Assembly (NCBI GenBank): GCA_965248445.1
Contig: CBDFJG010000003.1
Span: 1,536,001 to 1,600,000, forward strand
Direction of reading: 5' to 3'
Length of the DNA: 64,000 nucleotides
Source of the DNA: Planctomycetota bacterium
GTDB taxonomy: Bacteria; Planctomycetota; JAJSAM01; JAJVHW01
Below, piece after piece: positions 19,572 through 28,595 of the stretch. The stretch's first letter is position 1. Every line of letters starts with the position of its first letter. The notes under the pieces are model-generated. The model did no database searches, was not told the origin of the DNA, and saw only the letters and a list, made by a program, of their open reading frames with translations. The position numbers and the translations under genes are program-made.

Positions 19572-20639
19572 GGTCGGACGCGGTAGGCGACATCGTTGAC
19601 CTGCGCGCCGAATAGCTCTTTGAGATCTCGGTGGCAACGGAAGGAAGGGCACCAAGACGCGGTTCGCCGCGACGAGGTGTCGGTGGGGACTTCGGTCCTC
19701 GAACACTTCCGGAACCGCGTGGTGTGCCGGCATCGCGCGGAATGCATCGGGAGGCGCCTGAGGCGTCTCGGCGATGCGCAGAGAAACCCCAGGGGAGTCG
19801 CGGATCTCATCGAGAACCGCACGTCACCCTGTCGGACAGACCCTGTGACAACGGCCCGAGGGGCGCAGTTCGCTGCGTGACACGGGTGGAATTGTGCGAG
19901 GGGGATACGGCGGGTCCCGGCCCGTCTGCGACAGATGATGGACTTCGAAGGGGAACCCCGATACGGCGAGAAAGCTGCACTTAACGGGTGTGGCGGAACC
20001 GCTGGGCAATGTGAACGGAGGGCGCCGAAGCAAACGGCGATCGGCCTCGTGAAGCCTCAGACTTCGAGACTGGTCGCAACCAACACGGCGTACCGGAGCA
20101 ACGGTCGGCGAGAGCTGCCCGGACTGCAACGGACACACGGCCCCACAAGGTACGGGGCGAGGAAACCCCACGAGTGGCGATGGTCGTCGACGACCGTCAA
20201 GTGACAGGGGAGTAAACCGTCGAGGAGGGAAAGAACCTCGAGGACGGAACGTGCCGGGTGAGGCAAACCCGGGTTAAGCGGACCCTGCCGCCCACGCCGC
20301 TGGAGGGGCAATGAACCCCAGGAGGGGAAGTGAGGATCACCGTAATGATCCACACCGGCGGTAAGGCAAGACCCTGAGCGGGCAGCCAAGCCTGAGGGAG
20401 ACGTCCACGTGGCAACACGAGGACCGGTCGCCCGACTGAAGACCCCACGGTCGTGTCACTCGGCACGACGAAGCAGGTCGCCGCAAACCAATACGCGGCT
20501 AGGTTGAGCGAAGAGGAACTCCGAGAGGCGGCGAAACCCTGAGAGGTGTCGGTCCTGAGACGGCAACGTCCCAAGACACAATTCCCTACCGACCGCAAAC
20601 CCCTGAAGAGGCAAACACGAATAGCCACCGCGTTCGACC
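19572..20639 (+). ncRNA. Candidate large (~1070 nt) highly structured non-coding RNA, class unassigned
   Basis: Nested 5'/3' helices 19572-88/20624-39, 19616-21/20605-10, 19628-34/20586-92 and 19639-42/20582-85; many UUCG/GCAA hairpins; repeated AA(A)CCCYGARRG-like modules; promoter upstream and hairpin downstream; no credible protein ORF. Confidence 0.75.
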
Positions 20640-20648
20640 ACCCGGCAG

Positions 20649-20682
20649 CACGGCCCGCGCACCAATCGGTGCGCGGGCCGTG
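20649..20682 (+). terminator. Perfect 15-bp hairpin 3' of the ncRNA (terminator or processing stem)
   Basis: cacggcccgcgcacc-aatc-ggtgcgcgggccgtg; the U tract is weak. Confidence 0.65.
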
Positions 20683-20731
20683 GTCGATTCGTAACCGTTC
20701 ACCCCTTGACAGCGTGTGAGCCTCAGCGTGC

Positions 20732-22263
20732 GTACCCGTTCAGGGTATGACGATCCGCGGCCTCAGCGCGTGATCGGGAGCGCGACGAGAGCCGGCGGCG
20801 AGCGGTTGTGCGCGAGTGCCGCGCTGACGTCTGCGAGGTAATCGAAGACGCTCTCGCCACGCTGGCGGAGCGTGGCGGTGACGGTCAGGATGCGCTCGAC
20901 GAAGCGGAGTCCGCGCTCGCTCTGACTTCCGTGCGTTGCGCGTCTCCACAGGACCGGCTTGCGCACCGCGCGCTCAGCGGCGTTGTTCGTCGGGGAGACG
21001 CCAGGGACGTCGGCGAAGGTCCACAGAGCCTCCGCTCGGTCGAGCAGATGCCGAGTCGTTCCGCGTACTCGGCGGTGCTTGCTGTCTGCGCCGCGCACGA
21101 GCAGCGTCAGGAGTCGGTCCCATGTGAGACGCAGCTCACGCCGCATGCGGTCGCGGTCCCCGTGCTCGCCGAAGTGACGCTGAGCTCGCATGACAGCCTG
21201 GGCGAGACGCACGGCCTGCTTGCCGAAGCGCCGGCCGCCGCGCGAGCCCTCGGCCAGCGCTCGAAAGTCCCTCTCGAGATGCGCCCAGCAGATCTGGCGG
21301 CGCTCGGTGGGATGCTGGTCGTAAGCGCCCATACGGTCGGTCACGAGGACGCCCCTGAAGCGCTTGCCCACGAGTCGCCGCATGGCCTTGGCGCTCCTGC
21401 GCCGATCGATACGATGGACCGTGGCGTGCTCACAGACCGCGCTCCACAGCCAATGCAGCGTGCCACGACGCGACCACGGTGTCTCGTCTACATAGGCGAC
21501 GCTGCTCGTGCGTACGGCCCCGAGGGCCTCGATGTGCGCTGAGGAGATGGCTCCCGACACCCGCTCCTCGATCGCACTGACCGTGCCCGGTGACATCGAG
21601 ACGCCGATGACGTCACGCAACAGACGACTGGTCTCGCGCCGCGACAGGCGGAAGACGCCGACCAGAGCCGCGGTGAGCGCACAGAGTCGCGGGCCGAAGG
21701 GACTCGCCGTCACACCGCTTGGCAGCGAGGCAGTGGACGTGGCGCCACAGTCCGTGCACCGTGCCCGGTGCAACCGGTGCTCGGTCACCTGGATCAGCCG
21801 TGGCGGGACCTCGAAGACCTGCTGGCGTGTCGGGGCGCGATCGATCGGGACGAGCACGTCGCTCCCACACGCGCTGCACTCGCGCGGGCGGTGGTCCTCT
21901 ACGCCATCGACCTCGGACTCGTCCACGAGCTTGCGCGTCGCCCCTTTGTGGCCGGGCTGCGCACCCTGGCGCTTGTCCGACGGCGGCTTGCGCCGCCGCC
22001 GCTTCTTGGACCACGACGGATCCGAGGACGGTGGGCGCGAGGAGGTGCGGGAGTCCCGGCGAAGACGGCTCTCGAGATCGTCGATCCGTGCCGCCTGCCG
22101 CTCGATCACCTCCGCCTGCTCGGCAATCGTCTCGTCCCGAGCGTCCAGACGACGGGTCAGGCGCTCGACCAGATCACGCAGCTCATCGGTGCCCACATCC
22201 GATTCATCGACCGAACGGAAAGCGATCTGGATCCGAGCTCAGAACCAAGGGCTGAACGGGTAC
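20732..22263 (-). mobile_element. IS66-family insertion sequence, copy 2 (direct repeat of copy 1)
   Basis: Same terminal inverted repeats and length, offset 4584 bp; identical transposase translation. Confidence 0.9.
20763..22196 (-). CDS. IS66 transposase (TnpC-like)
   Basis: Identical 477-aa translation to 16179-17612. Confidence 0.95.
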   Translation of the reverse strand: MGTDELRDLVERLTRRLDARDETIAEQAEVIERQAARIDDLESRLRRDSRTSSRPPSSDPSWSKKRRRRKPPSDKRQGAQPGHKGATRKLVDESEVDGVEDHRPRECSACGSDVLVPIDRAPTRQQVFEVPPRLIQVTEHRLHRARCTDCGATSTASLPSGVTASPFGPRLCALTAALVGVFRLSRRETSRLLRDVIGVSMSPGTVSAIEERVSGAISSAHIEALGAVRTSSVAYVDETPWSRRGTLHWLWSAVCEHATVHRIDRRRSAKAMRRLVGKRFRGVLVTDRMGAYDQHPTERRQICWAHLERDFRALAEGSRGGRRFGKQAVRLAQAVMRAQRHFGEHGDRDRMRRELRLTWDRLLTLLVRGADSKHRRVRGTTRHLLDRAEALWTFADVPGVSPTNNAAERAVRKPVLWRRATHGSQSERGLRFVERILTVTATLRQRGESVFDYLADVSAALAHNRSPPALVALPITR

Positions 22264-22303
22264 CCTGCAAGTGCCCCCGCGGGCCACCGGGATTCCCGGA
22301 CGG

Positions 22304-24148
22304 TCAATTCGCGTGGATCGCTCCCCACATGAACGGACGGAACAGCGAGTACGCGTCGAGGCCCGACAGCAGCGGCTCCGGCACGCCGGGGCGGCGCAGG
22401 CCGCTGCCGGCGACGTTCAGCAGGAAGACGTCCGGGAGTCCGTCGGGGAAGACCTCGTCGACGGACACCGCGAGCGTGAATCGGAACTCCGAGTCGTTGG
22501 CGTGCCCGCCGTACCGCAGCCCGCCGAGGCCGCCGCGAGGCGAACCTCCGTCCAGATGGACGCGGCGCGGGCGGATCTTGCCCTCTTCGGTGCCTGTGAG
22601 CGCGAGCTGGAAGTCGCCGTCGCCGACCCTCAGGTTCTGCTCCTCGCCGATGACGATGATCACCGCGGTCCCGAGTCCCCCGGTCGCCGACGACGGGAAG
22701 AACGAGTCCTCGAGGTAGAAACGGCCGTCGAAAAACAGCTGATCGTCCGAGACGCCGAAGCGCAGGAACTCACCGCTCTTGGCGTTCTTGATCGGCATCT
22801 CGGCAAGCAGCTCCATCGGCGGCATCTTGGCTTGCAGCGCCTCCTTCGTCAGCGGAACGCGCTTCAGGTTTGCGGACGTGCGCGGGGGCAGCCACCAGTA
22901 CTCCGCGACCCACATCACCTGCTCGATCTGATACACGTCGCGCTGCTCGTTCGTGAAGACCAGAGTCTCGCCGGCGAATGCGAGCGCCTCGTTCTGCCGC
23001 GCGTGTAGCGCGAAGCCGCCCATCGGTTCGCCGTCCAGGCGATCACTCGGGTAGAGCAGCAACTCCGCATAGGTCATGACGGCGATCGTCAGTCCGTCAG
23101 CACTGATGTCCGCAGCCGTCACCTGCTCGCGGTCGCCGATGGAGAGGTTGCCGACAAGCTGTCCCATGTTGCGCTCACCGACCGGCAGCACCGACGCGTC
23201 GACGAGGTCAGTAAACGCGAACACCGGAGAGCCGTCTTCGCCGCGGTTCTTCACGATCAGGTGGACGACGCCCCCGATCACCACGGCGGCCTCGACGTCG
23301 TGCGGACCGTCGGGGTATGCGATCGGGTACGTCGCCACCAGCTCGAGGCCGCTGACGGCCGCGCGCACGCGGTAGAGCGTCGGGTCGTTGCGTTGGCGCA
23401 GATTGTCGCCGACGTCGCAGATGAGCAGGTCGCCGTCGATTACGGCGAGGTCCTCCCAGTCGACGGCCTCGGCCCCGGGGACGGTCAGCTTCTGCGCACC
23501 CGCGAAAGACGGTACGCTGCTGCGATAGACGTACGGACCGTCACCGCTGTCGTTCACGGTCCAGTAGTCGCCATGCAAGTACGCGAGACCGCTGTTCTCT
23601 CGGATCTCCGGGTGCTCGATGCACGCGACCGGCGTGAGCCGTGCGGCGCCCGGGCCGAGTTGCGAGAGCGAGTCCTCGCCCGTCGAAGCGATCCCCGGCT
23701 GGTAGGACGGCTCCGGGGCGTACGTTCCCGCCGCCGGGTCGACCACCGGCTGCGCGGCGATCTCCGGCGTCCCCGCCGATCCACCCGATTCGAGTGGCAG
23801 ACGTGGCTCGAGCTCACCGGGGAGTTCGACAGCCGTGCCGGCCTCCGGCCAGTCCTCCTCGAGTCCGTACGCGCCGGCCGTCGCGTCGGCCGGTTCCGCA
23901 ACCTCGTACCCGACCGAAGCCGACGCGCCCGACGACGCTCCGCCGCGACCGCGCATCGACATCGCTTCTTCGACGGGGATCAGGTCGATGTCCGGCGAGT
24001 CGTAGAACGGGTGCGAGCTCGTGCCCGACGGTGTGCTCCGCGCCGGACCCGAGCGCGATGAACGGGGCGAGTCGCAACCCGAGAGCAGCGGCAAGCCGGC
24101 CAGCGCGGCGAGTGCGAGCAGAGTGATGCAGCAAGATGACGAGGGCAC
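22304..24148 (-). CDS. Lipoprotein with a probable beta-propeller domain
   Basis: Lipobox LLSGC, low-complexity linker, then ENSGLA, WTVNDSG, DWEDLA, DVGDN, HDVEA and QVTAADIS motifs. Confidence 0.7.
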   Translation of the reverse strand: MPSSSCCITLLALAALAGLPLLSGCDSPRSSRSGPARSTPSGTSSHPFYDSPDIDLIPVEEAMSMRGRGGASSGASASVGYEVAEPADATAGAYGLEEDWPEAGTAVELPGELEPRLPLESGGSAGTPEIAAQPVVDPAAGTYAPEPSYQPGIASTGEDSLSQLGPGAARLTPVACIEHPEIRENSGLAYLHGDYWTVNDSGDGPYVYRSSVPSFAGAQKLTVPGAEAVDWEDLAVIDGDLLICDVGDNLRQRNDPTLYRVRAAVSGLELVATYPIAYPDGPHDVEAAVVIGGVVHLIVKNRGEDGSPVFAFTDLVDASVLPVGERNMGQLVGNLSIGDREQVTAADISADGLTIAVMTYAELLLYPSDRLDGEPMGGFALHARQNEALAFAGETLVFTNEQRDVYQIEQVMWVAEYWWLPPRTSANLKRVPLTKEALQAKMPPMELLAEMPIKNAKSGEFLRFGVSDDQLFFDGRFYLEDSFFPSSATGGLGTAVIIVIGEEQNLRVGDGDFQLALTGTEEGKIRPRRVHLDGGSPRGGLGGLRYGGHANDSEFRFTLAVSVDEVFPDGLPDVFLLNVAGSGLRRPGVPEPLLSGLDAYSLFRPFMWGAIHAN

Positions 24149-24331
24149 GGGCAGTCTCCAGGGATACCGGCCCGCCACTCCTTCGACTTCCTGGGGGGCG
24201 CCGGGACCCACGTTCTACCCGCCCCGCGGGGCGCCTGTCCCGTCCCGGCGCCCCGCGCATCCAGGGGCTCGGGGGAGGCTTCGCGTGCGCGGGCGGGCCG
24301 GCTCGCGAAGCCTGCGGGGTAGGTTGTGCCG

Positions 24332-25012
24332 ATGATCGAGCCCGAGTTCGTCCCCCACGCCGACCGCTACCTCCCTCCGGACCCGCCCGGGCGGGCCGCG
24401 CGCGCGTTCGCCGAGGCGATGAGCCGGCGGCGCAGCGTGCGCCAATTCTCCGACCGGCCGGTGGCCCGCGAGACGATCGAGGAGATCGTGCGCGCCGCGG
24501 CGTGGGCGCCCAGCGGTGCCAACAAGCAGCCGTGGCGGTTCGTCTGCGTCAGCGACCCTGGACAGAAGCACCGCATCCGGATGGCCGTCGAGCAGGCCGA
24601 GCGGGAGTTCTACGCCGAGCGCGCGAGTGAGGCGTGGCTGCGGGACCTCGCTCCACTCGGGACGGACGCCGACAAGCGCTACCTCGAGGTCGCGCCTTGG
24701 CTGATCGTCGTGTTTCGCATGACGAAGACCGACGCCGGCGGACAGGTGTACTACGGCGACGAGTCGGTGGGCATCGCCGTCGGCATGCTCCTCACCGCCG
24801 CGCACATGGCGGGGCTCGCGACGCTCACACACACGCCGGCGCCGATGAAGATCCTCGCCGAGGTTCTCGGACGGCCTGCTCACGAACGGGCCTACATGCT
24901 CATCCCGGTCGGACACGCCGCGGACGACTGCGCCGTCCCGAAACACGCGTTGACGCGCCGCCCGTTCGAAGACGTCGCCGTGTTCGTGGAACCGTCCTCG
25001 CGCAGCACCTGA
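24332..25012 (+). CDS. Nitroreductase family, iodotyrosine deiodinase-like
   Basis: RRRSVRQFS, APSGANKQPW, AEREFY, WLRDLAPLGTD, YLEVAPWLIVVF, LTHTP. Confidence 0.85.
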   Translation: MIEPEFVPHADRYLPPDPPGRAARAFAEAMSRRRSVRQFSDRPVARETIEEIVRAAAWAPSGANKQPWRFVCVSDPGQKHRIRMAVEQAEREFYAERASEAWLRDLAPLGTDADKRYLEVAPWLIVVFRMTKTDAGGQVYYGDESVGIAVGMLLTAAHMAGLATLTHTPAPMKILAEVLGRPAHERAYMLIPVGHAADDCAVPKHALTRRPFEDVAVFVEPSSRST

Positions 25013-25013
25013 G

Positions 25014-25110
25014 ACTCGGCACCCGAGATTCGGGCCTGACAGCCGGCATCCGACAGAGTCGGCACCGCGTACTTGGCATCGGGTAGTCGGCACCGCGTAG
25101 TTGGCACCAC
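25014..25110. repeat. Degenerate ~14-bp tandem repeats between convergent genes
   Basis: Units actcggcacccgag, agccggcatccgac, agtcggcaccgcgt, acttggcatcgggt, agtcggcaccgcgt, agttggcacc. Confidence 0.6.
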
Positions 25111-25117
25111 TGAGACG

Positions 25118-25852
25118 TCACCGGCAAGACAGGCCCAGCGCGTCGCAGAGGAACCGGAGGTAGGGCGCTCCCGACTCGAACGCCTCCACCGCCTGGTCGA
25201 CGAAATCGGGTCGGGCGACGTCCGCCAGGCGCACGCGAGCCTCTGCGCGGAAGTCCTTCCGCCGCAGGTCCGTCGCAAACGGGTGATCCGCGTCGTAGCC
25301 CGCGGGGACGCGGCGGAGCTCAGGCGGTCCCAGGACTCCCGAGGTCGCGGCGCCGAACGTGCTGACGAACTGCTCGTTCTCTGTCGCAGCGGCCCAGCGC
25401 CGCCGATGCTCGTCGATGTGACGGCGGATGCGGCGCAAGGTGACGGGACCGCGAGGGCGGACCCCGACTCCCAAGTGCACGGCGTCGGGACGCACGCGCA
25501 GCCAGAACCCCGGGGCGGTCGCCCGCTCCTCGTCCTCGTGCGGGAAGCTGAGGAACACGCGCGTGTGATACGGCCGGCGGTCGGCACTGAAGCGAATGTC
25601 GCGGTGCATTCGGAGCATGGAACCGCCGGTGCGGGATGCGTCGATGACCAGGCGCGGGCAGATCCTCAGGACATGCGGACGGATCGCACGAGTGAAGGCG
25701 AGCGCGGGCTCGCGCACCTCCGACTCGAAGCGGTCCTGCTGCGAGTGAAACCAATCCCTGTCGTTGTTCGCCTGCAACTCCTTCAGGAACTTGCGCAGGC
25801 CCGGCCGGAACCCCGTGAAGTCGGGCTCCGCCCTTGCTTGAGAGATTGGCAC
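25118..25852 (-). CDS. DUF2461 / TIGR02453 family protein
   Basis: FLKELQANNDRDWF, RMHRDIRFSADRRPY, LRRVPAGYDADHP...LRRKDF; RBS ggagg. Confidence 0.88.
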   Translation of the reverse strand: MPISQARAEPDFTGFRPGLRKFLKELQANNDRDWFHSQQDRFESEVREPALAFTRAIRPHVLRICPRLVIDASRTGGSMLRMHRDIRFSADRRPYHTRVFLSFPHEDEERATAPGFWLRVRPDAVHLGVGVRPRGPVTLRRIRRHIDEHRRRWAAATENEQFVSTFGAATSGVLGPPELRRVPAGYDADHPFATDLRRKDFRAEARVRLADVARPDFVDQAVEAFESGAPYLRFLCDALGLSCR

Positions 25853-25971
25853 GAGAGGGTCCTCCGAATGACTGATTCGGAGAGAGAGGACGGTGCTCGG
25901 CAAGCGGCGGTCACATGCGGTTCGGCGTTTTTCGCGGCAGGCGTCGCCCACGCACCGCAGACTCTCTCTCG

Positions 25972-27291
25972 ATGTCCCGGTCGCGTCCCGCCACCGCCCT
26001 CCTCGTGATCGTCCTCGCGGCGGCGATGGCTCCCCTCGCGCGCGCGGAGCAGATCGTGGAGACGGACGACGACGGCAACGTCATCCTCAAGTACTCCGTC
26101 GACGACGACGGCCTGTCTCACGGCGCATACCACGAGTTCTTCCCCGGTGGGAAGCGCACGAAACAACGCACGATGTTCAAGCACGGCGTGCGCCACGGCG
26201 ACATGGTCACCTACCACCCGAACGGCAAACTGCGGGTGAAGACCCGCTACAAGGACGGCAAGCCGGACGGCCCCTTCGTCGAACGCGACGACGACGGCCG
26301 CGACACGTATCGCGCGAACTACGCCGCCGGGCTGCGCGACGGGGAGTTCGTCCGGCTGAAAGAGGGGCGCGTCGTCGAGACGCAGGTCTGGGACGAGGAC
26401 ATGATCGTGTCGATCAACGGCGCGGTCGTCCATCCCCGCACACGCGACGAGATCGCCCGCGAGATCGAAGACGCATTCTCGACGAACGATCCTCTCGAGA
26501 AGGTCGAGGGCGACGAGAAGGCGAAGGCCCGCGGGGAGAGTCTGCGGCGGCTCAAGGCGTTCCGCGCGGTCGTGGGCGTGCCGTGGCGGGAAATGCGGCT
26601 CGACGCGCGCATGAATGCGCACGGAGACGCGGGGGCAGCGCTCTGCGAGCGCATCGGCCGGCTGGACCACACGCCCGCGAACCCCGGGATGCCCGAGGAG
26701 AAGTACAAGTTCGGATACACCGGCACGAGCAACTCGAACCTGTACGTCGGCCCGCCGGAGACGCCGATGATCTCGTCCGTGCGGGCGTACATGGACGACT
26801 CCGATCCGTCGAACATCGCGAAGGTCGGCCACCGGCGCTGGTGCATCAATCCGCGCATGCTGAAGACCGGCTTCGGTTCGTCCGGCCGCTACTCCGCCAT
26901 GTGGTCGATGGATCAGTCGAACCGGACGGTCAGCGGCCACGACACCGTCTCGTACCCGCCGGGCGGATACGCGCCGACCGAGTACTTCGCCGCGACGTAC
27001 GCGTGGAGCGTGGGGTTCCGCGCACGGGACTTCGCAGCGCCGGGCTCCGGTGGCGTGAAGATCGAGGTCGTCGCCGTCGACGAGGAGTACCAGGCCACGG
27101 GTGAACCGCTCGGACTCGAGGCGGTCGTCGTCGCGAAGGGCGGCACCGGAGACCGGTTCTGCGTGATCTTTCGCCCCCTCGGTCTCGACGTGAGCGACGG
27201 CGCACGGTATCGGGCCACGATCGAGGGCGTGACGCGCGGAGGCGATCCCTACACGCACCGCTACTTCGTGCATTTCTTCGACCTCTTGTAG
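25972..27291 (+). CDS. Secreted protein with MORN/YwqK-like repeats and a CAP-like domain
   Basis: HGAYHEFFPGG, RHGDMVTYHPNGK repeats; CAP-like LDHTP...SNL...YMDDSD...GHRRWCINP...TGFG. Confidence 0.8.
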   Translation: MSRSRPATALLVIVLAAAMAPLARAEQIVETDDDGNVILKYSVDDDGLSHGAYHEFFPGGKRTKQRTMFKHGVRHGDMVTYHPNGKLRVKTRYKDGKPDGPFVERDDDGRDTYRANYAAGLRDGEFVRLKEGRVVETQVWDEDMIVSINGAVVHPRTRDEIAREIEDAFSTNDPLEKVEGDEKAKARGESLRRLKAFRAVVGVPWREMRLDARMNAHGDAGAALCERIGRLDHTPANPGMPEEKYKFGYTGTSNSNLYVGPPETPMISSVRAYMDDSDPSNIAKVGHRRWCINPRMLKTGFGSSGRYSAMWSMDQSNRTVSGHDTVSYPPGGYAPTEYFAATYAWSVGFRARDFAAPGSGGVKIEVVAVDEEYQATGEPLGLEAVVVAKGGTGDRFCVIFRPLGLDVSDGARYRATIEGVTRGGDPYTHRYFVHFFDLL

Positions 27292-27329
27292 CCGCGCCGC
27301 TCTTGTAGATTGCCTCCGGAGGCAACGCG

Positions 27330-28595
27330 ATGGCGATGGCAGCGGACGAGAGGACGGCGGTCGTTGCGTTCCTCTCCTCGTCCACCGCCATGGCCGGCCT
27401 GCCCGAGCCGGTGCTCGAAGTCGTTGCCGAGAACCTCCGCGTCGAGACGTTCGCCCCTGGCGAGTCGCTGATCGAACAGGGAGCGACCGGCGACTCCGTC
27501 ATGATCCTCGCCGAAGGAAACGCGCAGGTCTCGGTGCGCGACGACGACGGCATCGCGACCGTGCTCGCGATGACCGGACCCGGCACCGTTCTCGGCGAGA
27601 TGGCGCTTCTCACGCAGGAGCCCCGATCCGCCGACGTGATCGCGGTTGCCGACGTTCGAGCGCTGGTCCTCGACGCCGACGACTTCCGCCGCCTGGTCGC
27701 GGAGCACCCTGAGATCGCCGTCGTCCTGACCTATCTGATCGCGGACCGCCTCGGGCACGCGCGCAAGGACGGCCTGCGGGACAAGGTGCTCGGGGGCTAC
27801 CGCATCAAGCAGCGGCTCGGCCGTGGAGCCACCGCGGTCGTCTATCGCGCCGAGCGCGTCACCGACGACGAGACCGTGGCCCTCAAGATGCTCTCCCACC
27901 GGCTGGCATTCGACGACATCGCCATCGCGCGCTTCCACCGCGAGCTCGACATCGTGGAACGGCTGCGACATCCGAACGTGGCACGTGTGCACGGCCGCTT
28001 CGAGGGGTTCGCAACGTACTTCCTCGCGATGGAGTTCGTGAAGGGCCAGGACCTCGACGACGTCCTGAACGAGTACGGCGGCCTCGCCTCCGACATGGTG
28101 CGCGCGCTCGTCGGCCAGGTGGCCGCGGCCCTCTCCCACGTTCACCAGCACGGCGTCGTGCACAAGGACCTGAAGCCCGCGAACGTGATGCTGCACGAGA
28201 ACGGCACAGCGAAGCTGATGGACTTCGGCATCGCGGAACCGCCGCCCAGCGAACGCGCCGCCCTCCAGGGCAGGCAGCTGTTCACGGGCACTCCGCTCTA
28301 CATGGCGCCGGAGCAGTTTCGCGAGCCGGAGGTCGGCCCCACGGTCGACGTGTACGCGCTCGGCTGCTTGACGTTCGAACTGCTGACCGGCACGGCGCCG
28401 TTCGCGGCCGAGGGTTTGGGCGCGCTGGTCATGCAGAAGTCCCGCGGCGAGACTCTCGACCTCGCGGCGCTCTGCCCCAACGTCGATCCGGATCTGCTGG
28501 AGGTGGTGAACACCAGCCTGCTGCCGAACGCCGCCGACCGCACGCTGGATCTCGACGCGATCACGTCGTGGGGTTCGCCGGTCGTCTTCGGCTAG
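27330..28595 (+). CDS. cNMP-binding domain fused to a Hanks-type Ser/Thr kinase
   Basis: LIEQG...GEMALL...PRSADV (cNMP); LGRGATAVVY, VALK, HKDLKPAN, DFG, GTPLYMAPE, DVYALG. Confidence 0.92.
   Translation: MAMAADERTAVVAFLSSSTAMAGLPEPVLEVVAENLRVETFAPGESLIEQGATGDSVMILAEGNAQVSVRDDDGIATVLAMTGPGTVLGEMALLTQEPRSADVIAVADVRALVLDADDFRRLVAEHPEIAVVLTYLIADRLGHARKDGLRDKVLGGYRIKQRLGRGATAVVYRAERVTDDETVALKMLSHRLAFDDIAIARFHRELDIVERLRHPNVARVHGRFEGFATYFLAMEFVKGQDLDDVLNEYGGLASDMVRALVGQVAAALSHVHQHGVVHKDLKPANVMLHENGTAKLMDFGIAEPPPSERAALQGRQLFTGTPLYMAPEQFREPEVGPTVDVYALGCLTFELLTGTAPFAAEGLGALVMQKSRGETLDLAALCPNVDPDLLEVVNTSLLPNAADRTLDLDAITSWGSPVVFG

Noticed and set aside
19572..20639. RNase P RNA, tmRNA, rRNA fragment or group II intron as the identity of the structured segment
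   Set aside because: No GAGGAAAGUCC/P4 signature, no tRNA-like ends or tag ORF, no rRNA conserved blocks recognised, and no GUGYG start, domain V or RT ORF.
18947..20665. Several short ORFs overlapping the structured segment
   Set aside because: No recognisable motifs or consistent codon bias; better explained as chance ORFs over an RNA gene.
25014..25110. CRISPR array
   Set aside because: Units are short, degenerate and adjacent, with no unique spacers and no cas genes in the window.
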